From the IMG/VR virus record IMGVR_UViG_3300031774_002347: DNA of 20,000 nucleotides. One strand, 5' to 3'. Of this stretch, positions 1 through 8,804 are shown one piece after another. Made by a program: the position numbers and the translations under genes. The stretch's first letter is position 1, and the number at the start of each line of letters is the position of its first letter. The notes under the pieces are model-generated. The model was given only the letters and a program-made list of their open reading frames with translations. It had not been told where the DNA came from and searched no databases. This DNA is from an uncultured virus (IMG/VR IMGVR_UViG_3300031774_002347). Taxonomy: Duplodnaviria > Heunggongvirae > Uroviricota > Caudoviricetes.

Positions 1-23
1 TTTATATACATCAAAAGGTTATT

Positions 24-458
24 ATGGCAAAAACAAAATCGTTATTCGACCACATAAAACAAATTACTAATGTTCAAAATACTATGTATTGGGACTCCTT
101 ATCAGATGCTGATAAAAAAACTTGGAGTAACTATATGGTACATCGATTTCTTAGTATGAAATCTGAATGGTTAGAGGTTGTAAATGAGATACAAAAGTAT
201 TGGGAACTAAAACCAAAGAATTTGTATCAGTTTTATATTGACATAATACCAAGAGGTAGAACATTTCTTAGATATACCAAATCTAAAAAGAAATCAAAAG
301 TTGAAAAATGGGCTATGGAACATTTAGTGGATTACTTTGAATGTAGTACACGAGAAGTTGAACAACATTTGGATATATTAACAAAACAACAAGTAACAAG
401 CATTATAATGAGATATGGTGTGGATGATAAACAATTAAAAAAAATATGGAGTAAGTAA
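24..458 (+). CDS. Putative phage sliding-clamp loader small subunit (T4 gp62-like)
   Basis: 144 aa. The pattern LFDHIKQI...NYMVHRFLS...N...LYQFY...RTFLRYTK...LVDYFECSTRE...LDILTKQQV resembles gp62/clamp-loader A subunits of T4-like phages. AAGG lies upstream of the ATG. Confidence 0.65.
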   Translation: MAKTKSLFDHIKQITNVQNTMYWDSLSDADKKTWSNYMVHRFLSMKSEWLEVVNEIQKYWELKPKNLYQFYIDIIPRGRTFLRYTKSKKKSKVEKWAMEHLVDYFECSTREVEQHLDILTKQQVTSIIMRYGVDDKQLKKIWSK

Positions 459-1024
459 TGGCAGAACAAGGTTTTAAAAAAGAAGAACAATTCGCAATGT
501 CAGAGATGGAGTGGGGTGTTAATTCAAAAACCAACACTACCTATATGAATTTTGAATTTGATATTGATAGTTTGTATAGTACGATAGTTAAGTTAGATTA
601 TTTGGTAAGAGTAAATCCACATTTGAATGCTATAAATCTTAATATTGCTTCCTATGGTGGTGATGTTTATGCTATGTTAGGATTGGTAGATTATATACAC
701 AATATGGATATTAAAGTGAATACACATTGTGTTGGAACTTGTATGAGTGCTGCAGCAGTTTTATTAGCATGTGGTACTGGTGAAAGAACAATGACAAAAC
801 ATTCGACTGTGATGGTACACGAGGGTTCAGCAGTAGAGGTTGGTAAATCTACAGATGTTATGAGAGGTGTTGACCACTTAAAGGAATTAGCAAAAGATAT
901 TAATGAGTTACTTGCAGAAGTAACTAACAAGGATGTGAAGTTTTGGAAGAGAATGAATAGAAACGATACATACTTAGATGCCGCACAATGTTTAGAATAT
1001 GGTATCATCGATAAAATTATTTAA
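458..1024 (+). CDS. clpP: ClpP-like serine protease (peptidase S14)
   Basis: INLNIASYGGDV (INSPGG-like), CMSAAAVLL (catalytic Ser), VMVHEG (catalytic His), RNDTYLDAAQCLEYGIIDKI (catalytic Asp and typical C-terminus). TAATG coupling to the upstream gene. Confidence 0.9.
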   Translation: MAEQGFKKEEQFAMSEMEWGVNSKTNTTYMNFEFDIDSLYSTIVKLDYLVRVNPHLNAINLNIASYGGDVYAMLGLVDYIHNMDIKVNTHCVGTCMSAAAVLLACGTGERTMTKHSTVMVHEGSAVEVGKSTDVMRGVDHLKELAKDINELLAEVTNKDVKFWKRMNRNDTYLDAAQCLEYGIIDKII

Positions 1025-1032
1025 AAAAGTAC

Positions 1033-1062
1033 TTGACTCTTATATGAAAAATGTCGTATATT
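1033..1062 (+). promoter_or_regulatory. Sigma70-like (early/middle) promoter
   Basis: TTGACT (1033-1038), 18-nt spacer, TATATT (1057-1062) in the 61-nt intergenic gap. GGAG RBS at 1076-1079 precedes ATG 1086. Confidence 0.55.
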
Positions 1063-1085
1063 CAAGTATGAAATCGGAGTAAAAT

Positions 1086-1481
1086 ATGAGTGAAACATAT
1101 ATAAAAGATAAATCTACAAAACAAGTAGTTGATAAAACAAGTGCAAATATTATTGCACAGATGGAAAAAGAATGGCCAGAGATGACTACAGAGTTTCGTA
1201 GATTACAACGAGAACAATATGAATTGTTCCTACACAAACAACACGATTATGGCCCAGGTAATATATCAGTTGGTTCACCACTAAAAACAGAAGAGGATAT
1301 TAAATTATCTCTTACTGGTTTATGGTTTAGGATGAACGATAAAATACAGAGGTTGAAAACTCTATTGATGAGTGGTAGGGTAAATGCTGTAAAGGATGAA
1401 CCAATGGAAGATGCGTTCTTAGATGTATCTAATTATGGTATTATGGCAACAATTGTTAAAAATGGAAAATGGGGTAGATAA
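1086..1481 (+). CDS. DUF1599 / nucleotide-modification-associated domain 1 (Nmad1) protein
   Basis: KQHDYGPGNI...GLWFRMNDKIQRLKTL...DEPMEDAFLDVSNYGIMA matches the KxxDYG...RxxDKxxRL...ExxxDxxxDxxNY signature of this all-alpha phage family. Confidence 0.75.
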   Translation: MSETYIKDKSTKQVVDKTSANIIAQMEKEWPEMTTEFRRLQREQYELFLHKQHDYGPGNISVGSPLKTEEDIKLSLTGLWFRMNDKIQRLKTLLMSGRVNAVKDEPMEDAFLDVSNYGIMATIVKNGKWGR

Positions 1482-2348
1482 TTGGCCAGAATAAGTTATA
1501 GTCAATTTTCACAATGGGATAAATGCCCACAAATGTGGAAACTTAACTATGTAGATAAACTCGGTACATTCGAGGGTAATATCTACACGGTCTTTGGAAC
1601 TGCGGTTCACGAAACAATCCAAGCATACTTAGTTTGTTATTATGAGAAAACCATAAAGAAAGCAGATTCACTTCCATTAAAAGAAATTCTACTATACAGA
1701 ATGGAAGAAAACTACAAGAAGGCAGTTGCCTCTTCAGAAAATGAATTACCAATAACTTTGCCAGAGATGAAAGAGTTTTACCAAGATGGGTTAAATATTA
1801 TTGGTGAGTTCTTAAAGTTAAAAAATAGATACTTCCCTAAAAAAGACCACGAGTTACTTGGGATAGAATTAGATTTGAATTTTGATTTACCAAACCAAAT
1901 GAAGTTCATTGGGTATATGGATGTAGTTATACACGATAAACGAAGAGGTAGAGTTAAGATTATAGATATCAAAACATCTACGATGGGTTGGAACAAATGG
2001 CAAAAAGCCGATAAGAATAAAACTAATCAGTTACTATTATATAAACATTTCTTTGCAAAACAACGAGATATTTCAGTCGATAAAATAGATATTGAATATT
2101 TAATATTGAAGAGAAAATTGTATGAGAACTTACAATATCCACAAAAGAGAATACAAACCTTTTCACCAGCAAGTGGAACACCAAGTGTAAATAGGGTTAT
2201 GAAAAGGTTACAAGAGTTTATTGATGATTGTTTTGATTCAGAGGGTAAACAAGTGCTGAAAGAATATACTAAGATTGCATCAGCAAAGAATTGTAAATAT
2301 TGTGAGTTCAAAACTAAACCAGATTTATGTGATAGGAATATGAAATGA
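1482..2348 (+). CDS. PD-(D/E)XK exonuclease, Cas4/AddB-like, with a probable Fe-S cluster
   Basis: TTG start. SYSQ...CP, GTAVH, GYMD, IIDIKT, QLLLY, and C-terminal CKYC...C giving the 1+3 Cys arrangement of Cas4/AddB-type nucleases. Confidence 0.85.
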   Translation: MARISYSQFSQWDKCPQMWKLNYVDKLGTFEGNIYTVFGTAVHETIQAYLVCYYEKTIKKADSLPLKEILLYRMEENYKKAVASSENELPITLPEMKEFYQDGLNIIGEFLKLKNRYFPKKDHELLGIELDLNFDLPNQMKFIGYMDVVIHDKRRGRVKIIDIKTSTMGWNKWQKADKNKTNQLLLYKHFFAKQRDISVDKIDIEYLILKRKLYENLQYPQKRIQTFSPASGTPSVNRVMKRLQEFIDDCFDSEGKQVLKEYTKIASAKNCKYCEFKTKPDLCDRNMK

Positions 2349-2827
2349 TAAATCCAAATATAAGATTGTACTTACCAGATGTTATTAAAGGTGGTTATAC
2401 TGAAGAGATTATAAAGATGTTAACTGATATTTCAAATGATGTTCGTAGTGCAAGATTATATTTTTGGTATCACGAACCAGATTTAAAAGCAAAAGAAGTA
2501 AAAGATTTTCTTGATAGTTGGGAAAGTGAAAAGCACACAAATTTTAAAACTATTATCAGACCATACTATTTTGATACACAAAATGATTTTATATGGTATG
2601 ATGTAATGTCATACAAAATGGTGGATTCCCTTACACCAGATGCAACGGGTATTAAGAATCAATATACAAGATTCTCGTGGAGATATGTAGAACCTAAAGA
2701 TATTATAGAGGGATTAGAAGAATTTAAAGTTATATATGAGTTCGTTACAAATGATAAACCAATCAAAAAACAAAAAAGAAATGACGGTGAAGATAGCAAT
2801 CATCGGAAGTCGGAGTTACACAAATAA
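2345..2827 (+). CDS. Hypothetical protein
   Basis: 160-aa ORF, ATGA-coupled to the upstream nuclease, with codon style like its neighbours. No recognisable motif. Confidence 0.7.
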   Translation: MINPNIRLYLPDVIKGGYTEEIIKMLTDISNDVRSARLYFWYHEPDLKAKEVKDFLDSWESEKHTNFKTIIRPYYFDTQNDFIWYDVMSYKMVDSLTPDATGIKNQYTRFSWRYVEPKDIIEGLEEFKVIYEFVTNDKPIKKQKRNDGEDSNHRKSELHK

Positions 2828-3188
2828 CAGAAAGATTCAAAAATTTATTTGGGAACTAAAAGAAAAGTTTAAGAATAGATTAGAAATCGTTAGTGGTGGT
2901 GCAAAAGATGGAGCAGATAAATATGCTAAGAAGTTTGCATTAGATTTCGATGTAAAATATTCTGAGTTTCCTGCATACCACGAATCACATAATATGCATT
3001 GTGTAATGGAATCATTTAGATATGGTAAACCATATAATGTGGGACATTATCATAGAAGAAATAAAGATTTAGTAGAGTATAGTGATAAAGTAGTTGCATT
3101 TTGTACTAATGGTGAGGTAACTAATGGTACATTATCCGCATTAAAGTATTCACATAAAATAGAAAAAAAATACATTATTATTGATTAA
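2781..3188 (+). CDS. SLOG-superfamily protein (YspA/DUF2493/DprA-like Rossmannoid nucleotide-binding fold)
   Basis: KIAIIGSR, IVSGGAKDGADKYA, RRNKDLVEYSDKVVAF, GT. Start reassigned from 2736 to ATG 2781 (MTVKIAIIG), where the domain begins. Confidence 0.8.
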   Translation: MTVKIAIIGSRSYTNNRKIQKFIWELKEKFKNRLEIVSGGAKDGADKYAKKFALDFDVKYSEFPAYHESHNMHCVMESFRYGKPYNVGHYHRRNKDLVEYSDKVVAFCTNGEVTNGTLSALKYSHKIEKKYIIID

Positions 3189-3189
3189 G

Positions 3190-3215
3190 TATATATTTAT
3201 ATATATGTATATAAT
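3190..3215 (+). promoter_or_regulatory. AT-rich putative promoter/operator (TATTTATA at 3194-3201; TATAAT at 3210-3215)
   Basis: The 42-nt intergenic gap reads tatatatttatatatatgtatataat, followed by a GAGG RBS and ATG 3231. Confidence 0.4.
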
Positions 3216-3230
3216 GATTGAGGATATATT

Positions 3231-3425
3231 ATGAAAGAGATTAAATTAACTTCGGTAAAAGTAATATCGGAGTTATATAGTAAGTTTAAAAGTGAGACAA
3301 TTGAGTCGGAGTTCTCACTACAGAAGTTGGTAAACAGGACGCTGAATAAGTTTGTTTATGATGAAGAGTTTCGAAAAGAAATTCTCGAACACGATAAGTT
3401 AACACAGAGTGGAAGTAAATTTTAA
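3231..3425 (+). CDS. Small ribbon-helix-helix-like DNA-binding protein
   Basis: 64 aa with an alternating beta motif LTSVKV, a helix ELYSKFK and a second helix SLQKLVNRTL, as in Arc/CopG-type RHH proteins. Confidence 0.55.
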   Translation: MKEIKLTSVKVISELYSKFKSETIESEFSLQKLVNRTLNKFVYDEEFRKEILEHDKLTQSGSKF

Positions 3426-3446
3426 GTTAAATAATAAGGGTTATAA

Positions 3447-4883
3447 ATGGATATTAAATTACCAAAATTAAAGTCAGTAAAAGAAGTACAAGCTCGTAAG
3501 AAGAAAAAGATTCTTTTACTATCAGATGACCTTCGTATGTCAAGTGGGGTTGGTACGATGTCGAGAGAATTTGTATTGGGTACGATTGATAAATACGATT
3601 GGGTTCAGATTGGTGGAGCAATAGAACATCCAGATAAGGGTAAAGTGGTTGATATGCACGATGCTGTAAAAGAAGAAACTGGTGTTACAGATGGATACTT
3701 AAAAGTTTATCCAATTGATGGTTATGGTAATCCAGATATTCTAAAAGAAATTATGGAACTTGAAAAGCCAGATGCAATTCTACACTACACAGACCCAAGA
3801 TTTTGGGGATGGTTGTATCATATGGAACACGAGTTAAGACAGAACATACCTATTTTCTATTACAATATTTGGGATGATTTACCTGCACCACATTACAACG
3901 AGTTCTTTTATGAGAGTTGTGATTTGATTATGAATATTTCTAAACAGACAGTTGGGTTAGTTGATGAGGTTGCAAAGAAAAAACCAAGAACAGATTGGGA
4001 TTCTACATACTTACCACACGGAATTAATGAAACACAATTCTATCCAATTAAGGATGAAGCGGAATTGTTAGAGATGAGAAAATTTAAGAATGAGTTATTA
4101 GGTAATAAACCACATAAATTTACATTATTGTATGTGAATAGAAATATTCGTAGAAAGATGATGGGTGATTGTATTCTTGCATTTAAAGAATTTGTAAGTA
4201 CCATTCCAAAGGAAGATAGAGATAAAGTTACATATGTAATGCATACACAACCAGTTGATGGAAATGGAACTGATTTACCAGCATTAATTAATGCTATTGC
4301 ACCAGAAATAAATGTGGTGTTTAGTACTAAGAAACTTGAAAATAAACAAATGAATTTCTTATACAATATTGCAGATGTTACAATGAACCTTGCATCCAAC
4401 GAGGGATTCGGATTAGGAACTTGTGAATCATTAATGAGTGGAACACCAATCATCGTGAATGTTACAGGTGGATTACAAGACCAAGCAGGATTTAAAGTAA
4501 ATGATAAACTTTTAACTGCAGAAGATTATAAAGAAATCAAATCTCTACATAATTGGAAAGAGTGGGAACACAATGAAGAATTAACTTGGGGTGAGTGGTG
4601 TAAACCAGTTTGGCCTAAGACTCGTTCATTGATGGGTTCAGTTCCAACACCATACATTTTTGATGACAGATGTGATTGGCAAGATGCTGCCGTTAGGATT
4701 AAAGAATGGTATGAGATGGGTAAAGAAGCAAGAGATGAGTGTGGGTTCAAAGGACACGAATGGGTTAGTGGAGATGAATCTATGATGAGTGCACGATGGA
4801 TGTGTAAAAATTTCATAGACCATATGGAAACTGCATTTGAAAAATGGACACCAAGAAAAAAAGTTAACACATATAAGGCGTAA
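3447..4883 (+). CDS. GT-B fold glycosyltransferase (GT4-like)
   Basis: ILLLSDD...SGVG, HGIN, NRNIRRK, LYNIADV...SNEGFGLGTCESLMSGTPIIVNVTGGL (EX7E motif). Confidence 0.9.
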   Translation: MDIKLPKLKSVKEVQARKKKKILLLSDDLRMSSGVGTMSREFVLGTIDKYDWVQIGGAIEHPDKGKVVDMHDAVKEETGVTDGYLKVYPIDGYGNPDILKEIMELEKPDAILHYTDPRFWGWLYHMEHELRQNIPIFYYNIWDDLPAPHYNEFFYESCDLIMNISKQTVGLVDEVAKKKPRTDWDSTYLPHGINETQFYPIKDEAELLEMRKFKNELLGNKPHKFTLLYVNRNIRRKMMGDCILAFKEFVSTIPKEDRDKVTYVMHTQPVDGNGTDLPALINAIAPEINVVFSTKKLENKQMNFLYNIADVTMNLASNEGFGLGTCESLMSGTPIIVNVTGGLQDQAGFKVNDKLLTAEDYKEIKSLHNWKEWEHNEELTWGEWCKPVWPKTRSLMGSVPTPYIFDDRCDWQDAAVRIKEWYEMGKEARDECGFKGHEWVSGDESMMSARWMCKNFIDHMETAFEKWTPRKKVNTYKA

Positions 4884-4886
4884 GAT

Positions 4887-6200
4887 ATGAAACCATTAAT
4901 ATTAGTAACAGCACCAGTAAAAACTCGTAGTGGGTACGGAAATCACTCACGAGATATTTGTTCTGCGTTGATTGAATCAGATAAATACAATGTGAAAATT
5001 AATTCCGTAAGATGGGGAAGTACACCGATGACTGCATTGGAAGATGGTAATCCACAACACGATAAAATTAAATCACATTTAATTTCAGGTCCAAACTTAG
5101 AAAAACAACCTGATGTACATTTACATATAGTTATTCCAAGTGAGTTTCAACCAATAGGTAAAAAAAATATTGGTATGACAGCTGGAATGGAATCCACTAT
5201 ACCAATACCGAGTTGGGTAGATGGTGTAAATAGAATGGATACCACAATATTCACTTCAGAGTTTTCTAAAAATGTTTTCGAACAAGCAGAATTTAATGAT
5301 GAGAAACAACAGAGACAAATAAAAATGCAAAAACCATCAGAGGTTTTATTTGAGGGTGTTGATACAAATGTTTATAAGGAAACCAAGAAGATTGGTAAGA
5401 CGGTTAAAGATGCATTCAAACCTATTACAGAAGATTTTTGTTATTTATTTACTGGTCATTGGTTGGGTGGTTCAATTGGACAAGATAGAAAAGATGTAGG
5501 TATGTTGATTAAAGTATTTTTAGAAACATTCAAGAATACAAGAAATCAACCTGCTTTATTACTTAAAACAAGTGGTGCAGATTTTTCTATATTAGATAGG
5601 GAAGATATTTTAAAGAAAATTAAATATATCAAAAAAGGTATAGTTGGTAGTAAACTTCCAAATATCTATTTAATACACGGAGATTTTACAGATAATGAGA
5701 TGAATGAAATGTATAATCATCCAAAGGTAAAAGCTCATGTCACATTCACTCACGGAGAGGGATTTGGTAGACCATTATTAGAAGCAGCACAGAGTGGTAA
5801 ACCAGTAGTTGCACCAGGTTGGAGTGGACATGTAGATTTCTTACATAAAAACTATGCTCAGTTATTACCTGGTTCATTAACTAAAGTTCCTATGGAAGCA
5901 TTTCCAAAGGATATGGCATTCAATAGTCCAGAAAATAAATGGATTACAGTCAATTATAATGTAGCATCAAGTGTTTTTAGTGAGATTCATAATAATTATA
6001 GTAAGTACCAAGTAAAGGGAAAACAATTACAAGCATACACAAAGAAGCAATTCTCGTATGAATCAATGAAGAATAAACTTGAATCTATCATTGACCCAAT
6101 AGTAGAATCAGTTCCAAAAGCAGTAGAATTGAAACTACCTAAGTTAAATAAAGTAGAAGATAATAAAGGGTTGAAATTACCCAAACTGAAAAAGGTGTAA
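4887..6200 (+). CDS. GT-B fold glycosyltransferase (GT4-like)
   Basis: TRSGYG, DRK, THGEGFGRPLLEAAQSGKPVVAPGWSGHVDFL (EX7E motif). C-terminal tandem LKLPKL repeats. Confidence 0.9.
   Translation: MKPLILVTAPVKTRSGYGNHSRDICSALIESDKYNVKINSVRWGSTPMTALEDGNPQHDKIKSHLISGPNLEKQPDVHLHIVIPSEFQPIGKKNIGMTAGMESTIPIPSWVDGVNRMDTTIFTSEFSKNVFEQAEFNDEKQQRQIKMQKPSEVLFEGVDTNVYKETKKIGKTVKDAFKPITEDFCYLFTGHWLGGSIGQDRKDVGMLIKVFLETFKNTRNQPALLLKTSGADFSILDREDILKKIKYIKKGIVGSKLPNIYLIHGDFTDNEMNEMYNHPKVKAHVTFTHGEGFGRPLLEAAQSGKPVVAPGWSGHVDFLHKNYAQLLPGSLTKVPMEAFPKDMAFNSPENKWITVNYNVASSVFSEIHNNYSKYQVKGKQLQAYTKKQFSYESMKNKLESIIDPIVESVPKAVELKLPKLNKVEDNKGLKLPKLKKV
6126..6197 (+). repeat. Tandem peptide repeat LKLPKL(N/K)KV x2, with a third copy IKLPKLKSV at 3453-3479
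   Basis: The translated repeat is seen directly. The DNA copies differ mainly at synonymous positions. Confidence 0.85.
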
Positions 6201-6201
6201 A

Positions 6202-6663
6202 ATGGCTGAAAAAATAATAACCTGTCCAAATTGTTTTAATGACAAGAGATGTTTTGAAGATACTCAAGAAGTTGAGGGTAAAGATTTTAAATCGTATATG
6301 TGTTTTAATTGTGGATTCACAAGTAATTCAACATACGAGTGGGATTCACCAGAACTTAAAAAAGCACAATTAGGTTCATCACAATTGATGAATGATATTT
6401 CTTTTTATGATGAAGAGAGAAAACTTATGTGGTTTCCATCAGTTTTAAATATGGGAAAGTTGGGAGTAATTTATCCAGATGGTACTCAAAATAGTTGGAA
6501 CTATAAATTAGCAGAAGTTCGTAAATTAACTGCATTAGAATTAAAGGATGATAAATACAAAGGTCACGATAGTATATTAGATGTAGAAACTGCAAAAACC
6601 TATGGGCAATATGAGTTTTTAGATGCTTGTAAGGATATGGGTATAATCAAGGACCTTGATTAG
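6202..6663 (+). CDS. Hypothetical protein with N-terminal zinc ribbon
   Basis: CPNC...CFNCG double CxxC motif; 153 aa. Confidence 0.7.
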   Translation: MAEKIITCPNCFNDKRCFEDTQEVEGKDFKSYMCFNCGFTSNSTYEWDSPELKKAQLGSSQLMNDISFYDEERKLMWFPSVLNMGKLGVIYPDGTQNSWNYKLAEVRKLTALELKDDKYKGHDSILDVETAKTYGQYEFLDACKDMGIIKDLD

Positions 6664-7169
6664 TGGCGATAAAGAATACAGCATGGCATCAAGTTGAACC
6701 AGGTCAAATAGTAACCTTTATGTATAAATCAAAAGGTGAGACTCGTGGATATAAGAGAACCATCTTGATGTTAAATCCAGATTTACGATTTAGAAAAAAA
6801 ACTACCAAAAGAATTAAAAGATTTGTTGCAGGATTAGTATTAGATACCGCAATAACAAGACCATTAACTGAAACTAAAATTGAAAAATTATTTGGTAAAC
6901 TTGGTGGATTAGAATTTGAAGAGGGTTCTATTGCAGCAGATTTACCTGATAGAGTTTCAAAAGCACAAACATCAGTAATGTATAAAAGATTAAAACAATT
7001 GGTTGGTCAATATCAAAATTACAGAACATTTGATAGAAGAGAATGTTTAAAACGAAGAGTGTATCTTGAAGTAGATTATAGTAAAATACCAAAAGATACA
7101 TTAGATGAATTTAGTAAAGAAATGGAACGAAAGTTCCAAAAACAAATTGAGGCTGGAATTGAAAATTAG
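6663..7169 (+). CDS. Hypothetical basic phage protein (weak resemblance to T4 gp2 DNA end-protector-like proteins)
   Basis: GTG start overlapping the upstream TAG. PGQIVTFMYKSK...GL...YRTF and a very basic segment RFRKKTTKRIKR. The ORF is solid; the function is speculative. Confidence 0.5.
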   Translation: MAIKNTAWHQVEPGQIVTFMYKSKGETRGYKRTILMLNPDLRFRKKTTKRIKRFVAGLVLDTAITRPLTETKIEKLFGKLGGLEFEEGSIAADLPDRVSKAQTSVMYKRLKQLVGQYQNYRTFDRRECLKRRVYLEVDYSKIPKDTLDEFSKEMERKFQKQIEAGIEN

Positions 7170-7779
7170 TTATGGAATCACTGTCCACAATGAACACGAA
7201 GAGTTAAATCAGTTATTAGAAATATTAACAGAGAATATAGATTCTGAAGATGAAGTTGTTATAGTTGATGATTTTTCAAATGAAGAAACTCAAAATATAA
7301 TTAAGAAATATGATGTAGAACATCATCAAAGAAAACTTGGTGGTGATTTTGCAAAACATAAAAATTTTGTAATTGAAAAATGTAGTGGTGATTACATCTT
7401 TCACATAGATGCGGATGAATATCCAAATGTTATATTGGTTCAACAATTAAAACAAATACTTGAGATAAATCAAGTTGATTTAATTTGGATACCAAGAATA
7501 AATACAGTCGATGGTATTACTCAAGCACACTTAAACACTTGGGGTTGGAAACAAACAGAACAAGGTTGGATTAATTATCCAGATTACCAATCAAGAGTTT
7601 TTAAAAATGATAAAAGAATTAGATGGCAACGACCAGTACACGAACAAATTACAGGTTGTAAAACATATGCTCATATCCCACCACAAGAGGAATTGAGTTT
7701 GTATCATCCTAAAACAATACACAAACAAGAAACCCAAAATCAGTTATATACTGCAATAACAATGGATAATTATTTATGA
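7159..7779 (+). CDS. GT-A fold glycosyltransferase (GT2)
   Basis: KISYGITVHNE, VIVDDFS, FAKHKN, YIFHIDADE (DxD), YPDYQSR, VHEQI. Start reassigned to TTG 7159, with GAGG 6 nt upstream. Confidence 0.9.
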   Translation: MKISYGITVHNEHEELNQLLEILTENIDSEDEVVIVDDFSNEETQNIIKKYDVEHHQRKLGGDFAKHKNFVIEKCSGDYIFHIDADEYPNVILVQQLKQILEINQVDLIWIPRINTVDGITQAHLNTWGWKQTEQGWINYPDYQSRVFKNDKRIRWQRPVHEQITGCKTYAHIPPQEELSLYHPKTIHKQETQNQLYTAITMDNYL

Positions 7780-8804
7780 TAAAAGTAAAAGTTATAAATC
7801 CTACACTCGATAGGAACGAACCAACATTCAGAATATTTATGGCGTGTAGAGAACACTTCAAAAATTATGGTATAGAAATAACTGAATCAGATGATTTTGA
7901 TGTAATGTTTATTGGTATGCATGATTTCATAAACAAGAAAATACCATTGAAATATAGTATTGAGTGGGGAAGTGAAAATGTAGAGAAACTATCACAAGGT
8001 GGTAGGTTTATGATGTTCGATGGTTCAGATTCAACATCGTTAATGGGTGGTATTGAGGTAATGCGAAATACTAATCCAACGCGTTACATAAAAAACCAAT
8101 TATTAAAGCGAGAGTTGTATAATAATCCGATGGATTTTGGAAGATGGTTTTGGGGTAAAGGTGATAATAATCTAAGTTACGATATAACTGAAGATGAGTG
8201 GAAAAAGATAGCATTGAGTGGATGGAATCTTGGTTATCTACAAGGACATCTATTTGACCAGAATTTAATTATGCCACCAGCAAATGTAAAACCACACGAT
8301 GTTTGTGCAATATATCAAGCAGAACACAAAGAGAATTACGAACACGAGATACGAAATGATATTCCATACACCAAACATAGAAAGGGTGCTTGGGATGAGT
8401 TAAGTATTGATTTCATATCCAATAAAGATAAATTACCTTATCAAGAGTATATTAACTATTTATATAATTCAAAGGTTTGTTTATCACCATTTGGTATGGG
8501 TGAGATATGTTTCAGAGATTTTGAGATATGGGCAACGAGTACAATAATGGTTAAACCAACGATGGATTTAATTGATACTGCACCTAATATGTATATAGAT
8601 GGTAAAACTTATTTTGGTTGTCAGTATGATTGGTCAAATTTAAATGAGGTGATTAGTAGTATTATAGATGATTTTGATAATCTTAACGAAAAAGTAACTC
8701 ATTATGCAAGAGAGCAATATTTAAAAGTGTACGATGCACGAAATTATATAGAGCATGTAGTTGAGATGTTTAAGGAAATTAATGAGGAAGAGACAAATGG
8801 TTAA
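7776..8804 (+). CDS. GT-B-like glycosyltransferase (Glyco_trans_1_2/exostosin-like C-terminal domain)
   Basis: EYINYLYNSKVCLSPFGMGEICFRDFEIWATSTIMVKP matches the S(K)xxLxPxG...RxxE motif. Confidence 0.75.
   Translation: MIKVKVINPTLDRNEPTFRIFMACREHFKNYGIEITESDDFDVMFIGMHDFINKKIPLKYSIEWGSENVEKLSQGGRFMMFDGSDSTSLMGGIEVMRNTNPTRYIKNQLLKRELYNNPMDFGRWFWGKGDNNLSYDITEDEWKKIALSGWNLGYLQGHLFDQNLIMPPANVKPHDVCAIYQAEHKENYEHEIRNDIPYTKHRKGAWDELSIDFISNKDKLPYQEYINYLYNSKVCLSPFGMGEICFRDFEIWATSTIMVKPTMDLIDTAPNMYIDGKTYFGCQYDWSNLNEVISSIIDDFDNLNEKVTHYAREQYLKVYDARNYIEHVVEMFKEINEEETNG

Noticed and set aside
1482..2348. Cas4-like gene as evidence of a CRISPR-Cas locus
   Set aside because: No repeat-spacer array or other cas genes are present. 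Solo Cas4-like nucleases are common in phage replication regions.
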